A DNA stretch of 64,000 nucleotides, from the NCBI GenBank assembly GCA_964016885.1, contig OZ024740.1:275962001-276026000 (forward strand). Reading direction: 5' to 3'. Position 1 is the stretch's first letter. Each line of letters starts with the position of its first letter. Source of the DNA: Eledone cirrhosa. Its lineage: Eukaryota. Below, in pieces: positions 40,686-56,694 of this stretch. A model generated the notes under the pieces. That model saw nothing but the letters and a program-made list of their open reading frames with translations, did no database searches and was not told the DNA's origin. Position numbers and translations under genes: made by a program.

Positions 40686-41297
40686 TGCCCAACTAATATC
40701 GATATAAGAATTATATCGACATTAATAGATTGGTGATGGTCTCCCTCAGCGCTAAGAAGAGACTGGTAGATTAGAAAATCCAGCAGTCCTCCCAAAGATA
40801 AAATACACGCTGTCCCCAAAAGGGTAAAGGGAGGTCATCTTAAAATAAAACAATATACACGCTGGTCATTTAAACCTGTTAGGTATTAACCACGTGTATA
40901 AGAACTCAATTGGATATTAAAAGAATAACCATATGTATACACATATCCATATGTGGTTGACGGCTGAGAGACAAGAGTTCTCAATACCGAAGTAGAGTTC
41001 TAATATTCAATTTATTAAGAGTAAATAGTGACCCTCTGGATTTTTGCCTGTTTATATTTGTTGGACATTCAAGAAACTGACAGTGCCATCATCTTTGTTG
41101 AGGAATACACGTGTTCGCTATAGAAAAAAGCTGTATGCTCCCCTTTTCATCACAATAAGTATGTTGTGACCTGTTGAGGGATTCATAGATGTTGGGACAT
41201 AGCCACAGAGAAAAACACATGCTCAGGGTCTGACACAGTGTCTCGAGTAGCGTGATCAAACAATGCGTGGCATACAGAGAAAATAATGTATGTATAA

Positions 41298-41810
41298 ATA
41301 ATTGTTTCTACTTTAGGTACAAGGCCAGCAATTACCCAGTGCATTACTGGTACTTTATTTTATCGACCCCGTAAGGATGAAAGGCAAAGTCAACCTCGGC
41401 GGGATTTGAACCCAGATCGTAAAGGGACGTAACTATGCTGGAAAGCATGGCGTCCGACCCTCTACAATGATTTCTAGTACAGGCGAACGGCCAGTAATTT
41501 TGGGGGAGGGGAAAGTCGATTAAATCAAATCCAGTAAATTACTGGTATTTTATTTAATCGACATCGTAAGGATGAAAGGCAAAGTTAACCTTGGCAGGAT
41601 TTGAACTCAGAATGTAAAAGTCCGATAATCTATGCTGCAAAGCATGATTTCGACTCTACCGATACTGACAATCCATGCATAAATTCTGAGTTCAAATCCC
41701 GCCAAGGTTAACTTTGACTTTCATCCTTACGATGTCGATTAAATAAAATACCAGTAATTTACTGGGGTTGATTTAATCGACTTTCCCCTCGCCCCAAATT
41801 ACTGGCCTTG
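41298..41810. mobile_element. SINE cluster (two minus copies plus an inverted partial copy)
   Basis: Meta-like core three times; ~41490-41613 inverted against ~41683-41807. Confidence 0.75.
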
Positions 41811-42020
41811 TATATATATATATATATATATATATGTTTATATATATAGTTAGCTTCCCGTCCCCACGTAAAATTTGTAAATCAGTAGCTAGTTGAGAGA
41901 TAGAGTCCTATCGGGTGCCAGTTGCTAATAGCTTTACCGTGTCGGTCGTCACAAACAGTCATGGCCGGCATAGACTGGTCTTCGGATTCTATTGATCAAT
42001 TGGTTATTGATTAGGCGATA

Positions 42021-42129
42021 CCGGCTGATGAAGCCGCATAAGCCGATTGTGCATTGTTGCATAATATATGCAGACAGATGGTGCAGTGCACCTTACTGCT
42101 GCATTAGTGCGGCAGAAACTCGAGTCCGG
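42021..42129 (+). ncRNA. Hammerhead ribozyme motif with long stem II
   Basis: CCGG-CTGATGA-A-GCCGC...GCGGC-A-GAAA-CTCGAG-TC-CGG; stem I imperfect. Confidence 0.65.
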
Positions 42130-42278
42130 GAACCTTATAGGCACCCGTTTTACGTGTGTTGTGTTGAAGCAAATAACTTTGTGCATACTCTGGTAATGTA
42201 TCTTACATTGCCCATGGAGTGCGCTGAGATACAACCGGTAATGGCATTGATAAATATGCTGGGTCAGTCAACCCTTAT

Positions 42279-42405
<127 letters not shown>

Positions 42406-42659
42406 GTGTGCGTGAGAGAGAGAGTGGGCGTGTTTGTGTGGGTGTGGATGTCCGTGTGTCGTGAATATGCATGTCCTATGTAGGTCCTATCGCAAGCAAC
42501 CTTCTCCAAATGGACTGGCTGGACCACCCAAATCAACCAAGGTTGTGAATCTTATACAACCATCTTGGTCTCCTGTCATCTGACTCATGATTATTACCTT
42601 AAACCTTTTAAATATATCTTCCTGGTATTGGGGTGTAATCGCTTTATACGGTAAAGGCA

Positions 42660-42800
42660 GCGACTACACGTGAAGTGACTTCCCCACTCCTGCGATTTGC
42701 ACCCCATGGAGTAACGTTAAACCAGCAAACAATCGGTAGAAGCCCATTTCGGCTGCTTGTATTTGCAATCTTTTAATTTCATTCGTTACACAGAAAGAAT
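42660..42800 (-). mobile_element. RTE-like LINE fragment, degenerate
   Basis: [18 protein letters not shown] motif. Confidence 0.5.
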
Positions 42801-42804
42801 ACAG

Positions 42805-42848
<44 letters not shown>

Positions 42849-42916
42849 ACATATATATATCATATATATATATATGTATATATATATGTATATATATATA
42901 TGTATATATATATATG

Positions 42917-42995
<79 letters not shown>

Positions 42996-42999
<4 letters not shown>

Positions 43000-44095
43000 A
43001 TAATAATAATAAATTTGAAGACTAAAATCCAAAGAGGGCTCGATAAGGATAAATATATATCAAATATATAAGAACCGTAGAGCAAATATTTATTAAAATA
43101 ACAGATTAAAGTTTAAGCAAAGAATCGTTGCTTTCACCCTTAATGGGATCTTATGAAACTAACAAAGTCAATCTGTAAACGCAGAAGTTGATATTTCAAA
43201 AATCGTTGCAACCAAGACAGGAAGAAGATACTTTGGTTCGTGGAAACGTTCCCTGGCAAAGAACGTGAAAAAACGAATATAATACGTCATTAATAGGAGC
43301 GGGGAAAAACAATTACACGCAAAGACAGAACCACGTTATGGTATAAAAGAAGTCGTAGACTAATGTTCTCTTAGATGGTTCATAGAGACGTTCTCTGGCA
43401 ATGAACGGAAAACACGAAGATAATACGTCATATGTGGAGCGTGGAGAACAAAGCACGCAAAGACAAAACCACGTAAATGGTATAGCTGGAGTCGTAGAAT
43501 AAATTCTAACTAGGAAACCGAATGATTCTCCGCTTCAGAGTTAAGAATAAAGTAAATAAAATACAATACAGAGGTAATAGAAATTAAATAAATGCATACA
43601 CGCATCCAAATACGTACATACACAAGCATACGCGTAAACACTCGCCATAGGTATACAAAACCACGCACATATAAACTTGTGTGTGTGTGTGTGTGCGTGT
43701 ATACAAAAAAGTAATAAATAAGCGTATATAAATAAATAAATACGTATATAACAAGCGCACACACATACCAACAGGTAAATACACAAATGTTCGGAGACGT
43801 AAGTCAACCAAAACATGAAGTACACATATACACACACCCAACGTGGTTCTGTCTTTGCGTGTAATTGTTTTTCACCGCTGCTATTAATGACGTATTATAT
43901 TCGTTTTTTACCATTCTTTGCCAGGGAACGTTTCCACGAACCAAAGTATCGTCTTCCTGTCTTCCTCCGGCTGCAACGTTTTTTTAAATATCCACTTCTG
44001 CGTTCACAGATTGACTTTGTTAGTTTCAGAAGATCCCGTTAAGGGTGAAAGCAGCGATTCTTTGCTTAAACTTTTATCTGTTATTTTAATAAATA
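42996..44095. mobile_element. Family E element with ~255-bp inverted arms, each carrying a variant hammerhead
   Basis: ~43085-43338 inverted against ~43838-44095; HHR-like 43110-43160 (-) and 44022-44072 (+). Confidence 0.8.
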
Positions 44096-44238
44096 TATAT
44101 ATATATATATATAAATATATATACACATATATATGTATATATATGTATATATATATATATGTACATACATTCATACATACATATATATATATGTACATAC
44201 ATACATACATATATATATATATATACATATATATATAC

Positions 44239-44271
<33 letters not shown>

Positions 44272-44284
44272 CATATATATATAC

Positions 44285-44371
<87 letters not shown>

Positions 44372-44380
44372 TATACAAAT

Positions 44381-44517
<137 letters not shown>

Positions 44518-44849
44518 ATTCAGTTGCTAATTATCAGGTTAATTAAGTTTTCTCTGAGTGTGCATATCGGTATGAAGGGGTGTTTGGTTTGTCTGGGTAG
44601 CTGTGAGGGTGAGTATAAGTTTATGTGATACGTATATAAGTGTTTGATTGTTTGAGTGTTGGAATTTCTCTTGTTGCTAAAGAGGTAGCTATATATCTAT
44701 AGTAGTTTTATTTTTTATGCATTAACAAACCTGAAACATATAAATGTGTGTGTGTATAGTGAAAAAAGTGTGGATGTTAGAAAACGTTCTATAAAGAGCA
44801 CTTTATAAAAGAAAGTGATATAAAAGGGGTTTGAAAAACGCACATGTCA

Positions 44850-45060
44850 ACATGAATGGACCTGTTATTTTTATCTAAAGATATTTTTTCCAATTCCATC
44901 TTGCGCGTCCCCTCAATCTATTTCATTTCTCATTCTTTCTTTTGATGAAGGACTAGCGTCCGAAACGTTAAGACCCTCTTCCTGCTATATCATGCGTTAA
45001 CCTACTATGTACCTTCCATATACTCTACCGATTGTGTTGTTATTTCTGTTTACCTTTTAC
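44850..45060 (+). mobile_element. Family D pLTR-like cassette with minimal hammerhead (44938-44973)
   Basis: TTGATGA-A-GGAC-TAGC-GTCC-GAAA-CG-TT-AAGA. Confidence 0.7.
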
Positions 45061-45835
45061 ATACACAAACATATATGTATATATATATATATATATATAT
45101 AAACGGAAAAAAGGAAACGAAATTTCATTTCCCACTCTTAGTACGGCTGTTACTTAAATATAAGTATGTACACGTACATACATATATGTATACAGGCGTA
45201 CAGTAGTATGTATATATATATACATACATGCACACATATATATATGTACGTATGGATTCACCGAACATTTATTATACTGCTCGGTGTGTTTGTAAACAAA
45301 CATCCCGTATTAAGCCGTAGTGTCCAGCAACCATCGTTGCTCGTTTGTTCAACACTGACAAAGGAACGCTGTACTAGTTTCAAGCTTATTAGCTATCGTC
45401 AGCAACGTATACCTTCCTGCCAGATTGTTGAACGTATATACTTACCTTATGCATATTAACGGCTGGGTAGCCCAATTTGCATATCGAGTGGGTTAATCGG
45501 CCGGGTGCACCGAAAACGATAAACGGAAAAAATGAAACGAAATTTCATTTCCCACTCTTATATATAACAAGTACAAAAATTGATGTTAGCAAAGCTTGCT
45601 TTCTGCTTTCTCCGATTTGGATTACCAAAACATTTGTTATTAGGTTAAATTGTTTTTTTTTGTTATATCTCCTGCATGCTGATTCTCGACCATGTGGTAA
45701 TCCAAAACAATCGTTGACCATTTGATAATCCCAAACGTAGAAAGCAGGCTTCGCAAACATCAATGTTTATACATGTTATAAAGTTCGTTTATATATATTT
45801 CAGATGCGCTTTTCAAGTCCATTGGTATCATTTTC

Positions 45836-45895
<60 letters not shown>

Positions 45896-46125
45896 GGGGA
45901 GAGAGAGAGATAGTTAGATAGATAGATATGTGTGTGTTTGGGTGTGTGCATACATACATACATACAAGCAGAAACGCACATGCATAGTCATCCGCATATA
46001 TCCATATATATGATGCATTTTTATAATGCACAGTTGTACACGGATCGGCGAAACTGCTGTCGGGTCTTTGAAGAAAAAATAGGTATATTTTTTGTTTATT
46101 ATTTCCTCATATTTTGTAATTTGAT

Positions 46126-46175
<50 letters not shown>

Positions 46176-46217
46176 AAATATGAGAATAAACGTGCTGCGT
46201 GGTTGCTAATAGGTTAC

Positions 46218-46523
46218 ATATGAATAAAGTTAGTCCTTCATCAGTGATCTTCCAACCATCATTGGTATTTCATCGCTTTAAAGACCATATACCTCCGGTT
46301 GGTGCGAGCAACGGATAAAAAAAGTCGTTGGGACACGTAAATAAAGGGGACACCACTTTTCGTTGCTTCACCATCTTTGTTTGTTTACACTCTCGTGTCC
46401 CCTTTATTTACGTGTCCCAACAACTTTTTTTAGCCGTTGCTCGCACCAACCGGAGGTATATGGTCTTTAAAGCGATGAAATACCAATGATGGTTGGAAGA
46501 TCACTGATGAAGGACTAACTTTA

Positions 46524-46530
<7 letters not shown>
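46218..46530. repeat. Fold-back family C palindrome (~136-bp arms, ~41-bp spacer)
   Basis: Arms 46218-46353/46395-46530 near-identical; each has CTGATGAAGGAC near its outer end. Confidence 0.85.
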
Positions 46531-46575
<45 letters not shown>

Positions 46576-46957
46576 TGCATGTATGCGTATGCATCTATGT
46601 GTGTACGTATGTGTGTATGAATATATATATATATTTGTGCGTGTGTGTTTGTGTGTTTGTGTGTATGTGTGTCTGTGTGTGTATTTGAGTGTGTGTGTGT
46701 CTGTGTTTGTGTGTGCATACACAGATGCATAGTCACGCATATATCCATATGTATACATGCACACACATACACATACATACCTATTGATATCATTATAATA
46801 AAACACGATCACGTGATAGTCACTTCGTGATAATCTGGTAAGTGGTAGATTGAACATGTGATTTAATATTTATCCCTGTCCCTCTCTCTCATACCTAATA
46901 TTGACAAGACTTATGTTCACCGTTACGTGAGAGCTCGTAATACATATGTGTGTGTGT

Positions 46958-47003
<46 letters not shown>

Positions 47004-47189
47004 TGGAAATATGTGAGTGCGTATCTGAGTTTTTATTTCCCCACAACAACAAAGGTACCCACCCTATTGGTTTAATAGCATCTATTCATCCATATATCTG
47101 TCCTTGGACAATAAAAGCGAAATTTATCCCTTTATCTATCTGTCTGTCTATATATCAGTCTTTCTATCTATCTATCTATCTATTTACCT

Positions 47190-47575
47190 AACTGATTCTT
47201 TTTTTCAAATACCACTTTGGAAGGAGAATCAGGATGGAGAGAGAAGTGCTGTACCCCAGCAAGTTTTATGAAAGGTGGGTGAAAGTGGCGAGAATGGCCC
47301 GAGTGAATGGGCCTTCTCTCTATATCAGCCTGTAGGTTGAGGAAAGGGATGAGGAGAGGAAAGGAGTACAAACTCTTCGTACTCCTGGAGATGAGGGTTG
47401 CACATTTTTTCGGAGGTATGTGTTACCCATATGAACTGTCTCCCCCTATTGGGGAAAATCGACTAATTTTTTAAATTGCATTTATTATAATATTTTACAC
47501 GTTTTTATTGTATGTAAACTTCCCTCTTTGTATTTGTCCTCTTCTTTTGTGCCCCTGTGGCTAATAAAGAAACAT
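47190..47575 (+). mobile_element. Tx1-like 3' end in (TATC)n
   Basis: RRIRMEREVLYPSKFYERWVKVARM plus 3' UTR. Confidence 0.75.
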
Positions 47576-48089
47576 ATCTATCTATTTACCTAACTCTCTA
47601 TCGATCTATCTAATTTGGTCAGCTCTGTCCTGAGCCCTGACACAGCCGAGAATTATTAGTAAATCCCTTCCACTTTTCTTTTTATTTTACTTGTTTTACC
47701 TTCTTTATTTTCCTGTTTACCATAGTTTTCTTATTTTCAAACATCATCATCATCACCAGCAGCAATAGCAACACCAGAATCGAGATGTTCTTACTCACTA
47801 TTTCTTCTTCCTCCTAAACCTCACCCCTTATTTTTTTCACTACTTCCTTTTTAATTTCCACCCTCTTTCCATTCGAAGGAGGTAGATCCCCTCCTCTGGG
47901 ACGCCACCTTCTGTGACACGTTCTTCGCCTCCAGCTTCGTCGCTTCAGCCATAAGCCCCGGCATCGCAGCCCGCCTCGCAGAAGAACGTCGCACCGGTCG
48001 CCGTCGAGGCCTCAGGCGTATTTGGTCCCCGTAATATTTCCAATATCAACCAAACTTCTCTTAAATGACAACTTACCATATTTAAAATA

Positions 48090-48450
48090 TAGGTTTCTGA
48101 TTTAGGCATAAGACCAGCAGTGTTGGGGAGGGGAAGGTCGATTAAATGGATCCTGTAAAGATGAAAGGCAAAGCTAACCTCGGCGGGATTTGAACTCAGA
48201 ATGTAAAGGGCCATAACTCTGTGTCACTAAGCATGTTGTTCAACGCTCTACTGATACTGCCAATCCTTTAAAATAATTGTTTGTACGTTTGGCACAAGGC
48301 CAGCAATTATCTCGGTACATTATTGGTCATTTATTTTATCGACCCCGTAAGGACGAAAAGCGAATTTAACCTCGGTGGGATTTGAACTCAGACCGTAAAG
48401 GAGCGTAACTCTATGCTACAATGCATGGCGTCCGAACCTCTACCGATACT
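48090..48450 (-). mobile_element. Two tandem SINE copies
   Basis: Homologous to 318-507. Confidence 0.75.
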
Positions 48451-48742
48451 TCGAAGAATATATGTGATAGTAACCTGAATAGAATATATGTGATATGTAA
48501 CATGAAAAAAGAAATTTGATGATCATTGGTTGGAATGCTTTCAAACATAGTTGTGCACAATCAAGACTGAACAGGGGTAAACACCAATGACAAGATTAAT
48601 GATGACAATAGCTGTTGTACAACAGGTGGAACATTCCAAACATATTCACTCCAGCAACAGGTGTATTCCAGGTCAAAACGTGATATTACACCACTAAATA
48701 CACGTTTTGCTTATATCAACATCATCATCATCATCTTCATCG

Positions 48743-48777
<35 letters not shown>

Positions 48778-49409
48778 GTCGTCGTCGTCGTCATCATCAG
48801 CATCGTCGTCATCAGCCTCATCATTATCGTCAGTATCATCATCATCATCATCATCATCATCAGCGTTTTATCATCAACGTTTTATCCCTTGCATGGGTTA
48901 GATGCGTTATCCCGTTCTGCGGCTAGACAGGTTGAATGACTGGATCTCGCTTATATGTTCCATTATTGCGTCGTCTACAGTTGGGGTCACTTCCTAATGA
49001 TAACCTTTTCGCAGCATATACGGGGTATGTTTTATCATGACACTGCCACTACCATCTGATAGGGGCCACCATTACTACTTTACAGTGTGGGCTTGATGCA
49101 TATTATTATAACGGAAGTACTACCACTTTACAGTGCGAGCCTGAGTTCATTTGAATTCGACGTTAAATTTTCACTTCATCCTCATAGGGTTGTTAACAGG
49201 AGCACCAGTGACATATTGGGGTCGATTTCAACGATTATTCACTTCCCTGAAAATAACTGATCTTGTCATTATATTACCAAATCTCTACTTCATTATGTTC
49301 ATTAGTACTAGAAATTAGTATATGCACTTATTACTGACATTTATTTTAGTGTTATGAAAAATAGTGTTGAAATTCCATATTACAGTGTATATATTTAATT
49401 AGTCTAGAG

Positions 49410-49729
49410 CAGGGGTGTGCAACATATTCCATTGGCGGGCCACGTTTGAACATTGGAACAACTATTAGGGACATTGATATTTATCAAAGTACTATTCCAC
49501 AGATTCACCACAACTTCTTTCCATAACATAGAACAGGGAAATTATGACACACAGAACCCTATCAGTGAAGCCCTTTAGTATAGGTCAACTAACAGAAAAT
49601 TGTATTACGGTTACGAAAAAAATTCTAAATAAGCCTACAAGGTAAAAATTAAAAACGGTCATCGCGGGCCACTCTGACTGGTCTGGCGAGCCGGATTGTG
49701 GCCCGCAAGCCGCCTGTTGCACATCCCTG
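49410..49729. mobile_element. hAT (Charlie-like) MITE
   Basis: TIR CAGGGGTGTGCAACA/TGTTGCACATCCCTG; TSD GTCTAGAG/GTCTATTG. Confidence 0.8.
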
Positions 49730-50397
49730 GTCTATTGCTTTAGGTAGTTACCTCCCCTTGTTTCATAGAGGAAAGAAATTTGTATTATCACTTGAGGAAA
49801 CGAAGAAGAAAGTGCTTGTCTTTTAAAAGTAGAGAAACTACATTAGCAACGATTACAACAGAGATGAATGTTTGAGTATTAATAGATATCCTCAATGATC
49901 CCTTCAAACTTTCAAAATCAGTTTTTGAAACGAATGAAAGTGATTCCTATGATGTGTCTATGAGTGTTCCTTGATGTCTATGTGAAGTGTATACATTTAA
50001 ATTGTTTTCCTGGCATGATCCTATATATTATTGACACAATTCAACTTGTAATCACTACTAGAACCTGGTACGAATTTAGATGTGTCAAATTTTGACACGA
50101 GAATTTGCTGTAAAAGTCAATGCACCTGGTTTAATGGTATTTTGTGTGAATAACAATACAAAATGTGATCTGGTTGTCTTTAGATATTATTAGCTGGCTT
50201 ATTACAGTGTGGATGGGTAGAACATTTTCTGGTGCAAAACTGGTGCCTGGTACATCAAGATACATATTTCTAAGAAAGTAAAGATATTAGGAACTGAATA
50301 AACACCATAAGCCTCATTCATGTAATGGGAAAGATCGTTCTTTGGAGAATATAGAAAACAAAATTAAGAACTCCTGCATGTAAATTGAATTTGTCAA

Positions 50398-51005
50398 TAC
50401 AGTGTACCTCCGGCATTCGCGGTCCCGATTATTCGGGGAATTTTCCTTAGAACCTAACTAATAATTATTTGTGAAAACTACCATATATTCGCGGAATCGT
50501 AAATATTATCCGCGATTTTTTACGGATTTTTTTTCTTGGCAATATATACTTTTTAACGCTTTTTAACGCTAAATTCTCAGCAACAATATACAGTATTTGC
50601 CGGTCGATATTTTACGCATATTAAATAGGTTTATTTACAATAGTCTATAAATTTGCCTATTAATCCGTATGGTGAGCAAATGGGGTCCCACGTGCTGGCC
50701 TACCCACAGCCTCGGCGGACAGAATGGAGAAGGCGTTTCCCCAGAGGATGGTAAGGGAGATGCGCTGGAAGAGCCATTCCAACTCGGGAGGCTCACACCT
50801 GCAGCTGGCTAGCTCAGCACCAATGGTGATGAATAGGGAGGTAGCCCTAGGGCCAAGGACACCAGAAGTCTCCACTGCCAAGGGCACGACCGCGAACCTG
50901 GACGTTAATAGATATTGTTATGGACCACGTATAATATTCGCAGTTTTTCACTCTTAGCGGAGGCTCTAGGAACGTAACCCCGGCGGATTCCGAGGGAAAG
51001 CTGTA
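50398..51005. mobile_element. Tigger/pogo-like MITE containing a CRE-like endonuclease fragment (50660-50895 minus)
   Basis: TA-CAG..CCTC..ATTCGCGG / CGGCGGATTCCGAGG..CTG-TA; PLAVETSGVLG...WLFQRISLTILWGNA. Confidence 0.65.
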
Positions 51006-51583
51006 TTTCTTTGCAGACCAATATTATCGATGGATACCTGGGATTCGGTCATTTCGTTAATATTGTGACTGTTGTTTATCTCCCAGCCAGGTTTAATAAA
51101 GCAGCTCAATGAACAAAGGCATTCCTACCGGCACCAACGTTTTTTTTTTTTTTAGTTTCAGTCTCACCTTTTTAATAGACAACCATGTAATTTTAGGGCT
51201 TTGACTGTTATATCTAGCACGTCTAGTGACCATATAGAGGTTTTGTCGTTGGTTCCGTAAATATCCAGTTTGTAAAGAAAATATTAAAGACCCCCATGTT
51301 GTATGTTTTACATAATTGAATGATGTATGATAACTATTGAATGGGAATGTTGTTAGGTAGACGTTTCCAATCGACCAATTGTTAGTTCACTGCATTTCTG
51401 ATAGCAAGAGTCACAAAGGATTTTTTGTAATACAATACAGTACAAAGGCTGCAAAGGACTCATAAAGCATTTTTTTGATGTTCTTGCCAATATACATTGG
51501 CCAAAGATATAAACACACATACACACAAACTTATATATATATATATCTAGGGCAGGTAAAATTCCAAAGATCCTTGGACGAGT

Positions 51584-51624
<41 letters not shown>

Positions 51625-51647
51625 ATAAATAAAGAAATATATCTATC

Positions 51648-51709
<62 letters not shown>

Positions 51710-51712
<3 letters not shown>

Positions 51713-51960
51713 GGTAAACAGAAATAATAACACAATCGATACAGTATATGGAAGGGATATATTAGGTTAACGCTTGATATAGCAAGAAGAGGGTGTTAAC
51801 GTTTCGGACGCTAGCCCTTCATCAGAAGAAAGAATGAGAAATAATATAGATTGAGGGGACGGGCAGGTTGGAATTGGAAAAAATGTCTTTAGATAAAAAT
51901 AACAGGTCTATTCATCTTGACATCTCTTGCAAAACTGTTGGTGCTGGCGTTTTGTGTATG
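51710..51960 (-). mobile_element. Family D pLTR-like cassette with intact-core minimal hammerhead (51794-51829)
   Basis: Minus TCTT-CTGATGA-A-GGGC-TAGC-GTCC-GAAA-CG-TT; downstream of and co-oriented with the Penelope ORF. Confidence 0.75.
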
Positions 51961-52060
51961 ATTTATATTTTAGGAGCGCGTCTACCTGAAATTGAAAAAA
52001 CAACAACAAAAACGTTTTGTAAAAATAGCTATACTTGTGCACGTGCGTAAGCATGTGTGT

Positions 52061-54085
<2,025 letters not shown>

Positions 54086-54138
54086 GAAATATATATATAT
54101 ATATATATAAATACATATATATATATATATATATATAT

Positions 54139-54336
54139 AACGAAGGAAATGTGGTAAGGAACCAGGTGGACCATAACGCACCAAAGTACTCAATACTTGA
54201 GGTAGTAGAGTGGATAATAGGAACCAGTAAGACCCCGACAGCTGAGCTCAAGCCGTTTCGACGGCTAATTCTGGACTCAGAGTCCAGAATTAGCCGTCGA
54301 AACGGCTTGAGCTCAGCTGTCAGGGTCTTACTGGTT

Positions 54337-54341
<5 letters not shown>
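54139..54341. mobile_element. Fold-back family A copy
   Basis: Palindrome ~54217-54341; within (TA)n. Confidence 0.8.
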
Positions 54342-54386
<45 letters not shown>

Positions 54387-54612
54387 CATATGTGTGCATT
54401 TCCACAATGGAACTGGAGTTCCCGTTTTCGGCAGATTTTTATCGAAGTTCAGTCTGTTGACAGAGGCATTTTACCAATAGTAATAATTATGTCTGTGGCA
54501 TCATGGGACCTTTCTGAAAAGAGGAAGGTTAGGGTGGCCGAACGTTTGACGGTTATTTTTTAGGTTTGAGAACAAAGTGATTCTCACAGCCTTATATATA
54601 TATATAAGTATT

Positions 54613-54695
<83 letters not shown>

Positions 54696-54868
54696 TATTT
54701 TCCGTTGTGTTGTAATATAATGATGAAATGACAGTAAATAATAACATTGAAATATTGAATGTCTGCATAACTAAAAGTTTGTAGATAGCAGCTGTTTTAG
54801 GTTATGTAACTGTTATAGAAACACGTGTCAATAAATTCCTTTCAACTAAACTGTATCCATTCAAATCT

Positions 54869-54949
<81 letters not shown>

Positions 54950-55646
54950 TATTAATGGGAAATTTCACTTCCTTCATCCAAAAACCATATTTATTTTCCT
55001 ACATATGTTTAGAAAGGTTGGTAAGCATTTCGCATAATCATGGCAATTTATAGGTTTAGATATGTGTCTATAGAATCATATTCCTTCTCCTCAGAGAGAT
55101 GATAAAAGTCTTTATAATGAGTGGTGTTGTCAATCATTTTTATCATCCTCCGAAGAGAAGGAATATCACTTAATAGCCATATATCTAAACATGTAGATAG
55201 GCATGACTAATAGAAATGTTTATCAACATTTCGAAGAGTGGAATACATATATGTTTCTATTAAAACTCTTTTATTAATGTTCTGCTTTCATAACAATTCT
55301 TCATCACTATTATCTTTATATATAGAGAGAGGGTTGCAATATATAGAAAAATAGGGGGGTTATAATATATAGAGAGAGGATTAATGGTTATCACGGAGCT
55401 GTTGGCTATTTATGAAGGTACCCGGAAAAACCTTGTATCTCGGGAACCTGTGCTCCGATTTACGCGAAACTTTTATTCCATTCGTATTCCCATTTCAGGG
55501 GAAAATTCCTTTAAGATTTTCCCATTATGCACCGTTTTGGCTGTATTAAATTACAGACAATCGCACAATCACAGAGTTTTAGTAGTATATAGATGTATAC
55601 GCATTGAGCTATACGGTGCTTAAAAACTGACAATTATATACTATCA

Positions 55647-56504
55647 TTAGCAGTGGTACCCGGCGTTGCACGGGATAAGGTAATTTGGAACGCGGGCCGC
55701 CAACAGACCTAATCGTGGAAAAACTGCATGCGTGGACAATATGTAAAGAAAATAAACCGACTACTCTAATGGGTGGATAATCTTTAATATTTTCCTCGAT
55801 GAAGCAGGAAAAATGCAGATTTCCACCTAATGTAGGCCCTAGGAGATCAAGAAAATGAATTTTTTTTATGTGCATAATATGCCTTAAAATTTCGGGAAAA
55901 TCGGCTAGACCTAACGCCTCAAAAAATCCCTAAAAAGCTGAAAAAAATGAAGTTTTTCACCTAATGCGGGTCCTAGGCCATAAAAAAAGTTGGATTTTCT
56001 TTGCTCACGGTACGAAGAAAGACTGACTAATACATAGTTACAATTTCAAGAAAATCAGTCTGAAGTAACGCCTCAAAAAATCCCTAAAAACCTGAAAAAA
56101 CGCAGTTTTTCAACTAATGTGGGCCCTAGTGTATCAAAAAGTTGAATTTTTTATGTGCATCACACCCCCTCAAACATAAGTAATACACATGTAAAGTTTG
56201 AAAAAAGTCAAGTTTTAGGGATTCAAACTCACACACACACACACACACACACAGACATCCTCAAGTGACGTAATGCAGACTATCTAAAAAGAGAAAGACT
56301 AAGAATTAAAGAGAAACATCGCTAAATCACCTAATGCGGTCCTTAGGGCATAGAAAATTTGAAATTTCTTTTGCTCAGAACACTCCCTGAAACATAAGTA
56401 TTACATGTTCAAAGTTTGAAAACAGTCGGTTGGGTGGTTCTCGAGTTTTAGGGATTCAAACTCACACACACAGACAGACATCCTCAGTTTTATATATATA
56501 GAGA
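55647..56504 (-). mobile_element. Non-autonomous Helitron
   Basis: 5' TCTCTATATATATAAAA; 3' hairpin CCCGTGCAACGCCGGG followed by CTAA; A/T target site; internal subrepeats. Confidence 0.8.
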
Positions 56505-56609
56505 TTATAATTCTCTATTTTTTCTTTGAGAATTGTTTCTTTAGTTCTATACTCGGAATTTTACCATTCTTAAGTTTTTTAAGTTGCTATCCTATTTTTT
56601 TTGGCAATG

Positions 56610-56694
<85 letters not shown>

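Noticed and set aside
41030-41280. Possible decayed LINE zinc-finger region
   Set aside because: Only a weak EHVFF-like match with stops; insufficient support
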